NCBI GenBank assembly: GCA_016935735.1
Contig: JAFGQK010000174.1
Span: 10,386-74,385, forward strand
Direction of reading: 5' to 3'
DNA length: 64,000 nt
Source of the DNA: Spirochaetales bacterium
GTDB lineage: Bacteria; Spirochaetota; Spirochaetia; SZUA-6; JAFGRV01
This document shows, in pieces, positions 55,975-64,000 of this stretch; positions within the stretch are counted from its first letter, which is position 1, and each line of letters begins with the position of its first letter. The position numbers and the translations under genes are program-made. The notes under the pieces are model-generated. The model saw only the letters and a program-made list of their open reading frames with translations. It made no database searches and was not told the DNA's origin.

Positions 55975-57342
55975 TTATAAAGTCATATCGAGAACAAATT
56001 CAATATTACTTATACCCATGGTATCCATGACAAATGACTGAACCATCTCATATCCATCCTTCATCACCTTTACCTGGTGTTCTCCTTTAACAAGGTACAC
56101 TTTCAAATAGCCCGCGGTTCCAAATACACCACTGCCTGTCAAACCGGCAAGCACCTCATCACTATACACACTCACCCCCTCAACAGGCTTCCTGTCCGCA
56201 TCCACAACAAAAACACCCACTACCCCCATAAGATGCCCTGTTATTAAAGCCCTTCTGTACAAAACAAGGGGAAGCACGACATTCCTTGTATTCATGTCCA
56301 ATACAATTTCATCTTTGCCGCATGCCCCGATAGTCTCCAGATTCCTCTGATCTATGAAGGTAAGCGTTATCGTTACAGTATCGTAGTGGAATTGTTCAAG
56401 AAGAACTTCTCCTTTATATTCTGTCCCCGAAGGATAATATGTTATTTCTTCTTCCCTCAATCCATTGTTAAAGCCGTATAACATGAAATACGTTGTAAGA
56501 TTTTCAGTACCGTCCACCTCTTCGACAATTTCCGCCGGGATAGTGAAAGCGAAAAGGGCTTCCCCGCCATCCATTGTCAGTTCAAAGGCGGTTTCTCCAT
56601 ACAATGGAACAATATCCATTGTAATGTTTCGGGCAGGAACAACATTGATAGTTTCCTGCAAAGGAACGGACTTTCCCTTTTGCGTATTCCCGTCATAAAG
56701 CTTTAACTGCAATGTATGTGCTCCCGGTTCAAGGACAATATACGTATCGGTCACCCCCGTGGCAGGGTTGAAAAAAAGGATCATCTCGTTGTTCCCGTCA
56801 AGAATATACCCGAGCCGGGGGAATTCCAGTATAGCGATTTCCTCCGGGGGGTATGCGAATCGCAAAGAAGCCAATTCTTCAAGGTCGATAGCGATAGTTG
56901 TATCGCCAATTACCGGTCTGACTGTCACGGGAACACTGTTCTCACCATCGACGATAACAACATCCGTAACCGAGCCGGCATATTGATAGTTATGAATAGG
57001 CAAATCAAACAGAAAATGATAGGTTCCCGGCGAAAGCACAATTGTTTTTTCAGATGTCATTTCAAATGTATCAACATCAACAGTAAAGTACCAGGAATAT
57101 ACCTCTTCGGTTCCTGAACCGGCATGTATTACTGTCAATTGACCGGACCCGTAATCAATCGATCGCTGTGCTCCCGGGTTTTTCAAACCGGGAGCTTTTA
57201 TGTCCTGCATCAGCATACCGGTCAGGTGATACTCAAAGCAGATACGCGGGATGTTATCGTTTTCATGAGGCAAAGGCTGGTAACATCCGGAAAAAATGGC
57301 CAATAAGAGCAAACATTTCATCATAAAAATAGATTGTTTCAT
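55975..57342 (-). CDS. Hypothetical lipoprotein.
   Basis: 'MKQSIFMMKCLLLLAIFSGC' is a lipobox. The protein is 455 aa with no recognised domain. It is the last gene of a minus-strand cluster. Confidence 0.45.
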   Translation of the reverse strand: MKQSIFMMKCLLLLAIFSGCYQPLPHENDNIPRICFEYHLTGMLMQDIKAPGLKNPGAQRSIDYGSGQLTVIHAGSGTEEVYSWYFTVDVDTFEMTSEKTIVLSPGTYHFLFDLPIHNYQYAGSVTDVVIVDGENSVPVTVRPVIGDTTIAIDLEELASLRFAYPPEEIAILEFPRLGYILDGNNEMILFFNPATGVTDTYIVLEPGAHTLQLKLYDGNTQKGKSVPLQETINVVPARNITMDIVPLYGETAFELTMDGGEALFAFTIPAEIVEEVDGTENLTTYFMLYGFNNGLREEEITYYPSGTEYKGEVLLEQFHYDTVTITLTFIDQRNLETIGACGKDEIVLDMNTRNVVLPLVLYRRALITGHLMGVVGVFVVDADRKPVEGVSVYSDEVLAGLTGSGVFGTAGYLKVYLVKGEHQVKVMKDGYEMVQSFVMDTMGISNIEFVLDMTL

Positions 57343-57435
57343 TGTACACCTCCATTTTAAAAATAATAGGGGCCGGGAAAAGTCTCCCGGCCTCCTGTGT
57401 TTTCATTATCCGATTAGCGGATACCGTTTCTACTA

Positions 57436-60400
57436 TTATTCCAGCATGCAGGGACATACATCAAAACCGTGGAATGAATCATCATCATCCAGAAAACCCT
57501 GTTCGATCGCATCATCAACTTCCCGGCTTGTATAGGGTATTCCCGTTTGTTCGACACTGTGCTGGCTTAATTCCCGTGCCCGGTACCACCCCGTTTTATG
57601 GCAGACTTCCCAGCCAAGTATGTTCAGACAAATTTTGTCTCTCTGGATAACATCCAGATCCAGTTTCCCGTACGCATCGTTAAAAATGAGCGGGTTTATG
57701 TAAAAGCCCGGCGCCATGCTGTAGATCATATCCGCTTTGCCTGTAGCAGTTATATCGAGATGCCCGCGGTATTCTTTTCCTATGCCGAATGGCCAGGTAA
57801 ACGGGAAATACACACTTATGTCCGCATCAAATAGCCTTTCATCATGCCTGATCGATAGATCCAGATGCGTATGAACCGGATAAACGCCTATTTCCCCATT
57901 GGAAAGAATGATCCGGCTTCTTAAGGAAAGGTTGAACGGGATAATAAAATTCTGGGGATGCAATTCAAAATTGAACCGGGTATAGACGATCGGGAAGAAA
58001 ATATAATGCAGGAAATTCGCCCCGATGAGTACATGCCCCTGCACATCACTTGAATGGGTGGAAATCCCGATTCTGCTGTGACAGGTAAGGGAAAAATCGA
58101 CCTTTCCTTCTATGTTTAGCGGATTTCCCGGTTCCGAAGGAGTATCATACACAAAATATTCACATTCGTCAAAGCAGGCATGTATACTCAGATCCTTTGC
58201 AGTAACATGAACGGTATCGTTTATCGAGTATCGCAAGAATCCCAGGGCAAAGACACTCGCTATCCCGCAGAAATTCTTACGGATAAAGAACCAGTCGCCG
58301 AATCTGAACTTGTCCATCTCATTTTCCTTTTTCGAGAAATAATCGGTAAGTGAAGTATCCAGGGCATGTTCTATCGTTATCTGCTCGTTCAATGTTTCAT
58401 CAATCCCTTCGATAAGGTCCTGCCACATGCCATTCAGGATTGAGGTATATTGCGTGCCGCCGTCCAGAACCGGGATAACGCCGTCCGCACTCGCTGTTTT
58501 GCGGAGCGTATCTATCGTACTCACCTGGATATACCCTTTTCCGTTCGGAAGATTATACAACCCACCTATGACAGGAACATTTCCCATATCCACGCCCGTT
58601 GTTAGATCGTTAAGCGATTCATCTGCACTTATCGATACGATCTTGTAGGTAAGATTCCTTTTTTCATCCAATACCGGGATAATTCCCGGGGGCATCAAAA
58701 AGGCTTTTCGTATAACCCTGCTGTGGGAAACCAGGAGCTCCTCTGTATCAAGCTCATTCATATAGATTCGTTTAAAGGAATTATCCGTTAACGAGACGAA
58801 GTTTGCCCAGGGAAACTCGGTTTTCCCGAGATCCGGGGGAAGCTTTTTGACATGGAAGTCGTAGTTTTTGCTGTCCAGAATGATACCGTTTTCACCATAG
58901 GCGAGTATTTTCACGGAACTATTCTCTGTGGTCAGCAATCCCATATCCACGATAGAAAAGAACCCGTTTTCCGGGGTATCATCGATAAATATCTTATCCG
59001 GGGTGTGATATTCGACCCTGGCAAACGGCCCTGCGGTTTGAACATGGATGACATTCAGCAGACTTACCTTTTCGATGTATACATTTTCATCTGCAAGCAG
59101 CGAGTTCACACCGGTAATCTGGCCTGTCTGGAATACCAGTTTATGAAAATTATCCCCCGTATATTCTCCCGTAAGCCGCCCATCCGGGTCGACCGTCAAA
59201 AGAAAGGTATCCCCGAAATGCGCTGTGATGCCGGTAATTGTGATACCGGCCTTTTCATTTATTTTCATACCGGAAATTTCCCGTACCCGGGTATGCATGT
59301 TCCCGTCCGGCGTTATGTGATCGAACCTGACCGGTATTCGTTCATCGAGGTCAAGATGCCCGGTATTACGCAATGAAAGAAAAACGGTTACATCATAAAG
59401 ATCGTCAAAAGCCAGTTCCTCGTACCGGTAATCGATACTCCCCTCATCTGCGGTAATGTTTTTCCTCCCTATCTGGAAATTTACCCATCTGGTAAAATGA
59501 TCGTTATTCCGGTACCCGCTTACGGCAAGCTCCCTGTCGCCGGCATCCACAGTAAGCGGAATTCTTGTACGCGGCGGTTCGGTAACGAGATGCTCGTTCA
59601 TCCCGTCGATCGATCGTGTAACATACTGAAAACTATTGCCGGCATCGTACTCAAAAAGGACAACCGGCGGGGTATCGTACGATACGATCCGGTCTCCCCC
59701 TTCCGGTGAAAGAATTTCAAGGAGAACGACCTGGAAATAGACCCGTTTTGTAATCTTCCTGCCGGTAACATCCTCTGCTTCTATCCTGAACTCATGGCTG
59801 CCGTGAGAAAGGTTGGCAAGCTCCCGGGTCTCTTCATTATCCAGGAACATCCGGATGGTCTTCATCTCCTTATTGAACCTGTATTCGACAGGTATGTCCG
59901 TATACGCATACATGTGCGGTCCCGGTGAAAGAATCTCCAGTCCGGGTTCGATCGTATCGATGGTAAAGGGAACCGATTTACGGATAACATTCCCGCTTAC
60001 CGGGTGAACGGCGGTAAAAAGGATGGTATATTCCCCGTCACCGGGAAGTTCGATGGTTTCACCCGGCAGGATGCCTGTTGTCGTTTCTCCCAATGTATAG
60101 GATACCTCCGCATTTGAAATAAACGATACTTCGATTGTTTTCCCCGGATACACCATTCCGCGGGACGGGGTAAGAACCGACAATGTGGGAAACTTTTCCG
60201 AAACCGAAAATGCCGTTTCTGTCGAGGTTATTACTCCCCTCTCGTCTTCTGCAAAAAGCTCGATGGTGTACTTTCCATCCGGGAGACCGGCAAGGACAGG
60301 ATCATCCAGCGCTTCCCCGTCATCAAGGGTGTACCAGACCCTGCTTAACGGCCGGTTACTCCGGTAATCAAGAGGGATGGTGTTTGTGCCATATTCTTTA

Positions 60401-62790
60401 TCCGAAGGAGAAAGAAGGATGACGCTGAATGCATCATATTTTTTCCTGAAATCAACCGATTGCTCCAGCCATTCACCGGTTCCGGTTTCAGCTTTTACGG
60501 ATAATGTATGTACCCCGTCTTCCAGGCCTGCAATCCCTATCGTGATATTGCCGTTACTATCTTCAAGCGGGTACACCCCGGCTGCATCGATAAAGAATTG
60601 TATCTGCATGAGGGGAACATTGGAGGTATAACGGAAGACAAGTTTATCATCGTATTCCATGCTGCTGTTCACCCCGGTAATATGCAACTCCGGGGTAATG
60701 ATTTCCAGGGTCTTGAACAGATGCTTTACGGTGTTGTTCAATGCCCTGTCGAATACGGACAAGCGGATATGATTACTCCCGTTTACCAGGGGGATGATGA
60801 GATTTGCATCATCAACCGCCACCTCGGGATTGATATTCAACTGATAGCTTTTTTTCAGCACGCCGCTCGCTTCATCCGTGATATCGACTTCCAGGTGTAA
60901 TGCATTGTCTGCAATATATTGATTCGTTATCCGGATGTCAGGTGCAGACCGGTCACACATCACCATATTGTCATTCACATACTCATACCTGATGTCTGCA
61001 TAATTGGTAATCCTGCATTGAAACTGGAAGGAGTAACCGTCTTCGATGGGGAAGGTATAAACCTGGGAAACGGGATCGAGTTCCCCGGCAGGATACCATT
61101 CGGAAAACTGTCCGGTTTCCCCATTGACAAGCGGGGCCTTTCTCTGGAGAAGTAGAAGCTCTGCATAGTTTCCTTCAGGGACGGTAATATCGAGATCGAC
61201 ACTCTCCGTTGAACAGTAACCGTCTGCATACCCGATTGAACCATCATGTCCTTCTGTCGCGTCTGCCTGCTTATAATGAGTCACGGGGCTATACCAGGAT
61301 TCCCCGGAAACAGGGTCCACCACCTTGAACTGGATGCCGATATCCTTTGCAGGGGAGAGGTGTTCCACCACTAATCGTTTCTCCCCGTCAAATATCTTTG
61401 CGTTCACCGTAAAAAGGCTTTCCGTTACCTTTTCCAGAGGCCGGGATAATAGCACCGTCCCGTTTGAAAGCTCCTTGAACAGGAGGGTATATACAGGATC
61501 GGCCGTGGATTCGAATATTCCGGTCCCGGTACAAACAATAGTTGTATCATAGTCATGTGTATACAGCCGGTATGAACCTGTTTCAACATCCAGATTCATG
61601 CTTCCGGCCATAAAACCGGAATCTCCAACCGGCAGTAAAAAGGGGTACTCCCGTGTCATGACCGGCAGGATATAGCCCGGGTCTGCCGGTATCTGTACCC
61701 CATCACTTGCCGGGTTCATGGCAGCATCAAATTTTCTTAGATAAAGCTGCGGCATGGTATTCTGCATCTGTGTATAGCAGACGACAAAACCGTCATCGTT
61801 CATTTGTAGAATGTTGTATTCATTCAATGCACCCTGGTGAATCGACCGGGCAGAACAGACCGGATCAAATCCGTAAATGGTTTTTTTATAAACAGCCCCG
61901 TAGAGTGCATTATTCACCTTCCATGTTGCGAGTATGGCAGTATCCGGGAGCTGGGTAAGTTTTACCCCGTACAATTGATTTGTATTCGATGTCGTGTAGA
62001 GCGAGACCGGTTCGGTCGTTATCTCTATTCCTTCAAAATCGTATAACATCAACTTCATGACACTGCTGGTTCCTGCGGTATCGCACCATGCAACCGCATA
62101 ACAATTGTCTACGGACAGCACATCGAAAATGAATTGTCCATGCTGGGTGGAGGTGAATTCGTTCCGTTCTCCTGCTGTGTAGACATCGAAAACATCTTCT
62201 TCGTGTGTGTATATCTGCCCATAGATATAATAGTTATTTTCAATCGGGTTAAAATATCTCCAGTGTACGGCAAAGTTGTCGTTCCTCAGGATAGTGATGT
62301 GCGGGGGCTCGAACCGGAACGATTCAAAAGCAGCATCACTGGTAAAGAGCGTCATCTTTTCCGTAATATCTGCCCCGGTATTATCAACTATCTGGTAACA
62401 GACGGTATACCTGTTATTTTCCATAAACGACGATACGAGGAGTATGTTCCCGTTATGAAAATACCGGATATCGTAAAAAGGTTCCCTGTTAACAGTAAGC
62501 CATTCATAAACCCGGGGCTTGTCATTCAGCCCTCCCGGGGGGACGGGTTCCCAGGTGACTCCTCCATCTATCGAATAGTACGCTTCCTTATCCTGTCCGG
62601 CCAACGGTTTTTCCCCGGTATATGTTGCGGTTATAGATATTTCGCCATAATAATAGCTGTTATTCACCACATGCCCTTCTGAAATATACGGTTCAGTTAA
62701 AACAAGCAAGGGATCTTCCCGGGGAAAAAGATTGAACAGGGTAACGATAAATAAGGAAAGAAGGAATATCCATCGTTTCCATTTTTTCAT
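57436..62790 (-). CDS. Very large secreted protein (about 1785 aa) with tandem beta-sandwich (Ig-like) repeats and a beta-rich, Cys-containing C-terminal region.
   Basis: The signal peptide is 'MKKWKRWIFLLSLFIVTLFNLF', and the start at 62790 follows a perfect AAGGAGGT ribosome-binding site. Repeated ~85-aa modules have the pattern 'L..LSP..G..Y....I...Y.....L.....DG.HTL.V.A.D'. The last ~350 aa are rich in alternating hydrophobics and end in '...DVCPCMLE'. Confidence 0.6.
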   Translation of the reverse strand: MKKWKRWIFLLSLFIVTLFNLFPREDPLLVLTEPYISEGHVVNNSYYYGEISITATYTGEKPLAGQDKEAYYSIDGGVTWEPVPPGGLNDKPRVYEWLTVNREPFYDIRYFHNGNILLVSSFMENNRYTVCYQIVDNTGADITEKMTLFTSDAAFESFRFEPPHITILRNDNFAVHWRYFNPIENNYYIYGQIYTHEEDVFDVYTAGERNEFTSTQHGQFIFDVLSVDNCYAVAWCDTAGTSSVMKLMLYDFEGIEITTEPVSLYTTSNTNQLYGVKLTQLPDTAILATWKVNNALYGAVYKKTIYGFDPVCSARSIHQGALNEYNILQMNDDGFVVCYTQMQNTMPQLYLRKFDAAMNPASDGVQIPADPGYILPVMTREYPFLLPVGDSGFMAGSMNLDVETGSYRLYTHDYDTTIVCTGTGIFESTADPVYTLLFKELSNGTVLLSRPLEKVTESLFTVNAKIFDGEKRLVVEHLSPAKDIGIQFKVVDPVSGESWYSPVTHYKQADATEGHDGSIGYADGYCSTESVDLDITVPEGNYAELLLLQRKAPLVNGETGQFSEWYPAGELDPVSQVYTFPIEDGYSFQFQCRITNYADIRYEYVNDNMVMCDRSAPDIRITNQYIADNALHLEVDITDEASGVLKKSYQLNINPEVAVDDANLIIPLVNGSNHIRLSVFDRALNNTVKHLFKTLEIITPELHITGVNSSMEYDDKLVFRYTSNVPLMQIQFFIDAAGVYPLEDSNGNITIGIAGLEDGVHTLSVKAETGTGEWLEQSVDFRKKYDAFSVILLSPSDKEYGTNTIPLDYRSNRPLSRVWYTLDDGEALDDPVLAGLPDGKYTIELFAEDERGVITSTETAFSVSEKFPTLSVLTPSRGMVYPGKTIEVSFISNAEVSYTLGETTTGILPGETIELPGDGEYTILFTAVHPVSGNVIRKSVPFTIDTIEPGLEILSPGPHMYAYTDIPVEYRFNKEMKTIRMFLDNEETRELANLSHGSHEFRIEAEDVTGRKITKRVYFQVVLLEILSPEGGDRIVSYDTPPVVLFEYDAGNSFQYVTRSIDGMNEHLVTEPPRTRIPLTVDAGDRELAVSGYRNNDHFTRWVNFQIGRKNITADEGSIDYRYEELAFDDLYDVTVFLSLRNTGHLDLDERIPVRFDHITPDGNMHTRVREISGMKINEKAGITITGITAHFGDTFLLTVDPDGRLTGEYTGDNFHKLVFQTGQITGVNSLLADENVYIEKVSLLNVIHVQTAGPFARVEYHTPDKIFIDDTPENGFFSIVDMGLLTTENSSVKILAYGENGIILDSKNYDFHVKKLPPDLGKTEFPWANFVSLTDNSFKRIYMNELDTEELLVSHSRVIRKAFLMPPGIIPVLDEKRNLTYKIVSISADESLNDLTTGVDMGNVPVIGGLYNLPNGKGYIQVSTIDTLRKTASADGVIPVLDGGTQYTSILNGMWQDLIEGIDETLNEQITIEHALDTSLTDYFSKKENEMDKFRFGDWFFIRKNFCGIASVFALGFLRYSINDTVHVTAKDLSIHACFDECEYFVYDTPSEPGNPLNIEGKVDFSLTCHSRIGISTHSSDVQGHVLIGANFLHYIFFPIVYTRFNFELHPQNFIIPFNLSLRSRIILSNGEIGVYPVHTHLDLSIRHDERLFDADISVYFPFTWPFGIGKEYRGHLDITATGKADMIYSMAPGFYINPLIFNDAYGKLDLDVIQRDKICLNILGWEVCHKTGWYRARELSQHSVEQTGIPYTSREVDDAIEQGFLDDDDSFHGFDVCPCMLE

Positions 62791-62807
62791 ATATAACCTC
62801 CTTTTTA

Positions 62808-64000
62808 TTATCTTGATACGGTTGCCTGGCAACTGTTGTATTGATTTTCACTCACCTGGTATGTCAGTTTGACTCGATAGTCCCCGGCGGATACATGGGG
62901 AAAGGTGACAGTGTCCCAGCGAAACGGCTTTACTACCGGTACTGTCTTCCTGGCAAGCAGGAGAGAATCCTTATAAAGCTCCACCACCGGGACAATTCCC
63001 GGTGTACTCCCTAAATTGATGATGGGGGCGACAATATCCTGTCCCCGGAAATAGACCTTGCCTAAAGTGAGTTTACACCCTGCACCGGCTGGCGGGGTAG
63101 TATTACCAAAGATACCGGCAGTTTCCGTATTGTTATTGTAATTCACTTCACCTGTAGCCTTTGAGGGATTTACCATCGCATATAACCGTTTGTTATGTAA
63201 TGCAGCGATTCCTTCATCGTACAGAACAACGTCTGTTTTTTTCGATCCCGTACAGGTGATTGATTCTTCAATATGGATTACCCCCGGCTCCGCATCCGGT
63301 AGGAGGGCTGCAATTTCCGGGTTATCGGTCACAAGCACCTCAACAGTACCATTATAATCAGCACCTTTATTCACTAAAGACAGAGAGATATGGTTTCCGG
63401 TAACAGCGAGATTCTCGATACAGAAATCGGGAAGGGGTTCGAAGATGTATGAGCCTTTATTATTCGAATAATCATCTTCCTTTACGGCCCGGTCCTGGTT
63501 CACCGCCACCACCACCTGGAAAGGTTCATATATTTCCTCCATTTGTTCCCAGGTAAAGAAAACATGAATATCGGAATTCGGATCAAAAACCGTTGTGCCC
63601 AATGCATCAGTGTGGTCACCGGTAACCGAATAAAAATCGACCTGCACAGGGAGTGCTGCTATCCTTTTCATTTCCACGATTCTTGCACAGATCGTCTTTT
63701 CATCACTCCTCACAACCGAATCGACTTTATAATCAGGAAGGATTTTTAACGTATGTGTGGTGATATTGTTTTCACAGTTTCTTTCCGGGAAGGATGCCTC
63801 GATCCTGTGGTCCAGAAACACCTTGGGCTTACTGATTGTTACAGGATGCTCAAGAACAACAGACTCACCCGGTAAAAGGCCATCGACTTCCTGCGGTGCT
63901 GTTGCCGTTCCGTTTATCGACAGGCAGGTGCTGAATCGATAGGCCGGGAAAAAACCTGTATTGATTATCCTGAACCCGCACGTTACTGTTTGCTGCAGGG
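62808..64000 (-). CDS. CARDB-like repeat protein, 5'-truncated by the window edge.
   Basis: The minus-strand frame stays open from 63822 to 64000 with no stop, so the gene extends beyond the window. 'EDDYSNNKGSY' and 'EVNYNNNTETAG' match the CARDB E-x-N-N signature. Its stop is 18 nt upstream of the next gene's start. Confidence 0.5.
   Translation of the reverse strand, partial: LQQTVTCGFRIINTGFFPAYRFSTCLSINGTATAPQEVDGLLPGESVVLEHPVTISKPKVFLDHRIEASFPERNCENNITTHTLKILPDYKVDSVVRSDEKTICARIVEMKRIAALPVQVDFYSVTGDHTDALGTTVFDPNSDIHVFFTWEQMEEIYEPFQVVVAVNQDRAVKEDDYSNNKGSYIFEPLPDFCIENLAVTGNHISLSLVNKGADYNGTVEVLVTDNPEIAALLPDAEPGVIHIEESITCTGSKKTDVVLYDEGIAALHNKRLYAMVNPSKATGEVNYNNNTETAGIFGNTTPPAGAGCKLTLGKVYFRGQDIVAPIINLGSTPGIVPVVELYKDSLLLARKTVPVVKPFRWDTVTFPHVSAGDYRVKLTYQVSENQYNSCQATVSR

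Noticed and set aside
1-64000. tRNA, rRNA, tmRNA and RNase P genes.
   Set aside because: I scanned for T-loop (GTTCGAATC-like) and other hallmark motifs in all non-coding gaps and found none. No gap is large enough for an rRNA gene.

Overview
This is a 64 kb, gene-dense chromosomal segment from a diderm bacterium with moderate GC (roughly 40% by eye). I could not assign a lineage from sequence alone. About 50 protein-coding genes sit on both strands, and many overlap their neighbours by 4 nt, as in operons. I found no rRNA genes, tRNA genes or CRISPR arrays by eye.

What the window contains:
- **Housekeeping genes:** purL (5'-truncated by the window edge), valS, folC, polA, argC, rpsU, a LeuB-family dehydrogenase, an acyl-CoA ligase and a BioF/SPT-family acyltransferase.
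- **A cell-envelope glycosylation operon at 10050-16743:** LeuB-like dehydrogenase, GT2, SAM methyltransferase, flippase-like protein, ArnT/PMT-like GT-C, 4Fe-4S protein, plus a GT4 elsewhere.
- **Signalling genes:** two NtrC-type sigma54 activators with intact GAFTGA motifs, two cytoplasmic PAS histidine kinases, two single-domain receivers, a HAMP-PP2C (RsbU-like) phosphatase, a STAS anti-sigma antagonist, two FHA proteins and a PilZ protein.
- **One flagellar gene:** fliS, in an apparent operon with polA.
- **Envelope/surface proteins:** a SPOR protein, a polysaccharide deacetylase, a PEGA-FGE lipoprotein, and a minus-strand block at 55975-64000 made of a CARDB-repeat protein, a 1785-aa tandem-beta-sandwich protein and a lipoprotein.

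The most unusual features:
- A family of conserved non-coding elements in four intergenic regions. Two copies carry a 47-bp perfect palindrome and lie upstream of sigma54-activator loci.
- A TerB-FHA-FHA-ABC fusion transporter.
- A decayed SDR gene beside an AT-rich 650-bp gap.
- A stand-alone LarC N-terminal domain.
- A B12-radical-SAM/PilZ pair.
- A protein with a C-terminal HU/IHF-fold domain, preceded by three tandem hairpins.
- The all-secreted CARDB / giant protein / lipoprotein block.

All calls rest on motif reading of the supplied ORF translations and direct inspection of the DNA. No database searches were run.
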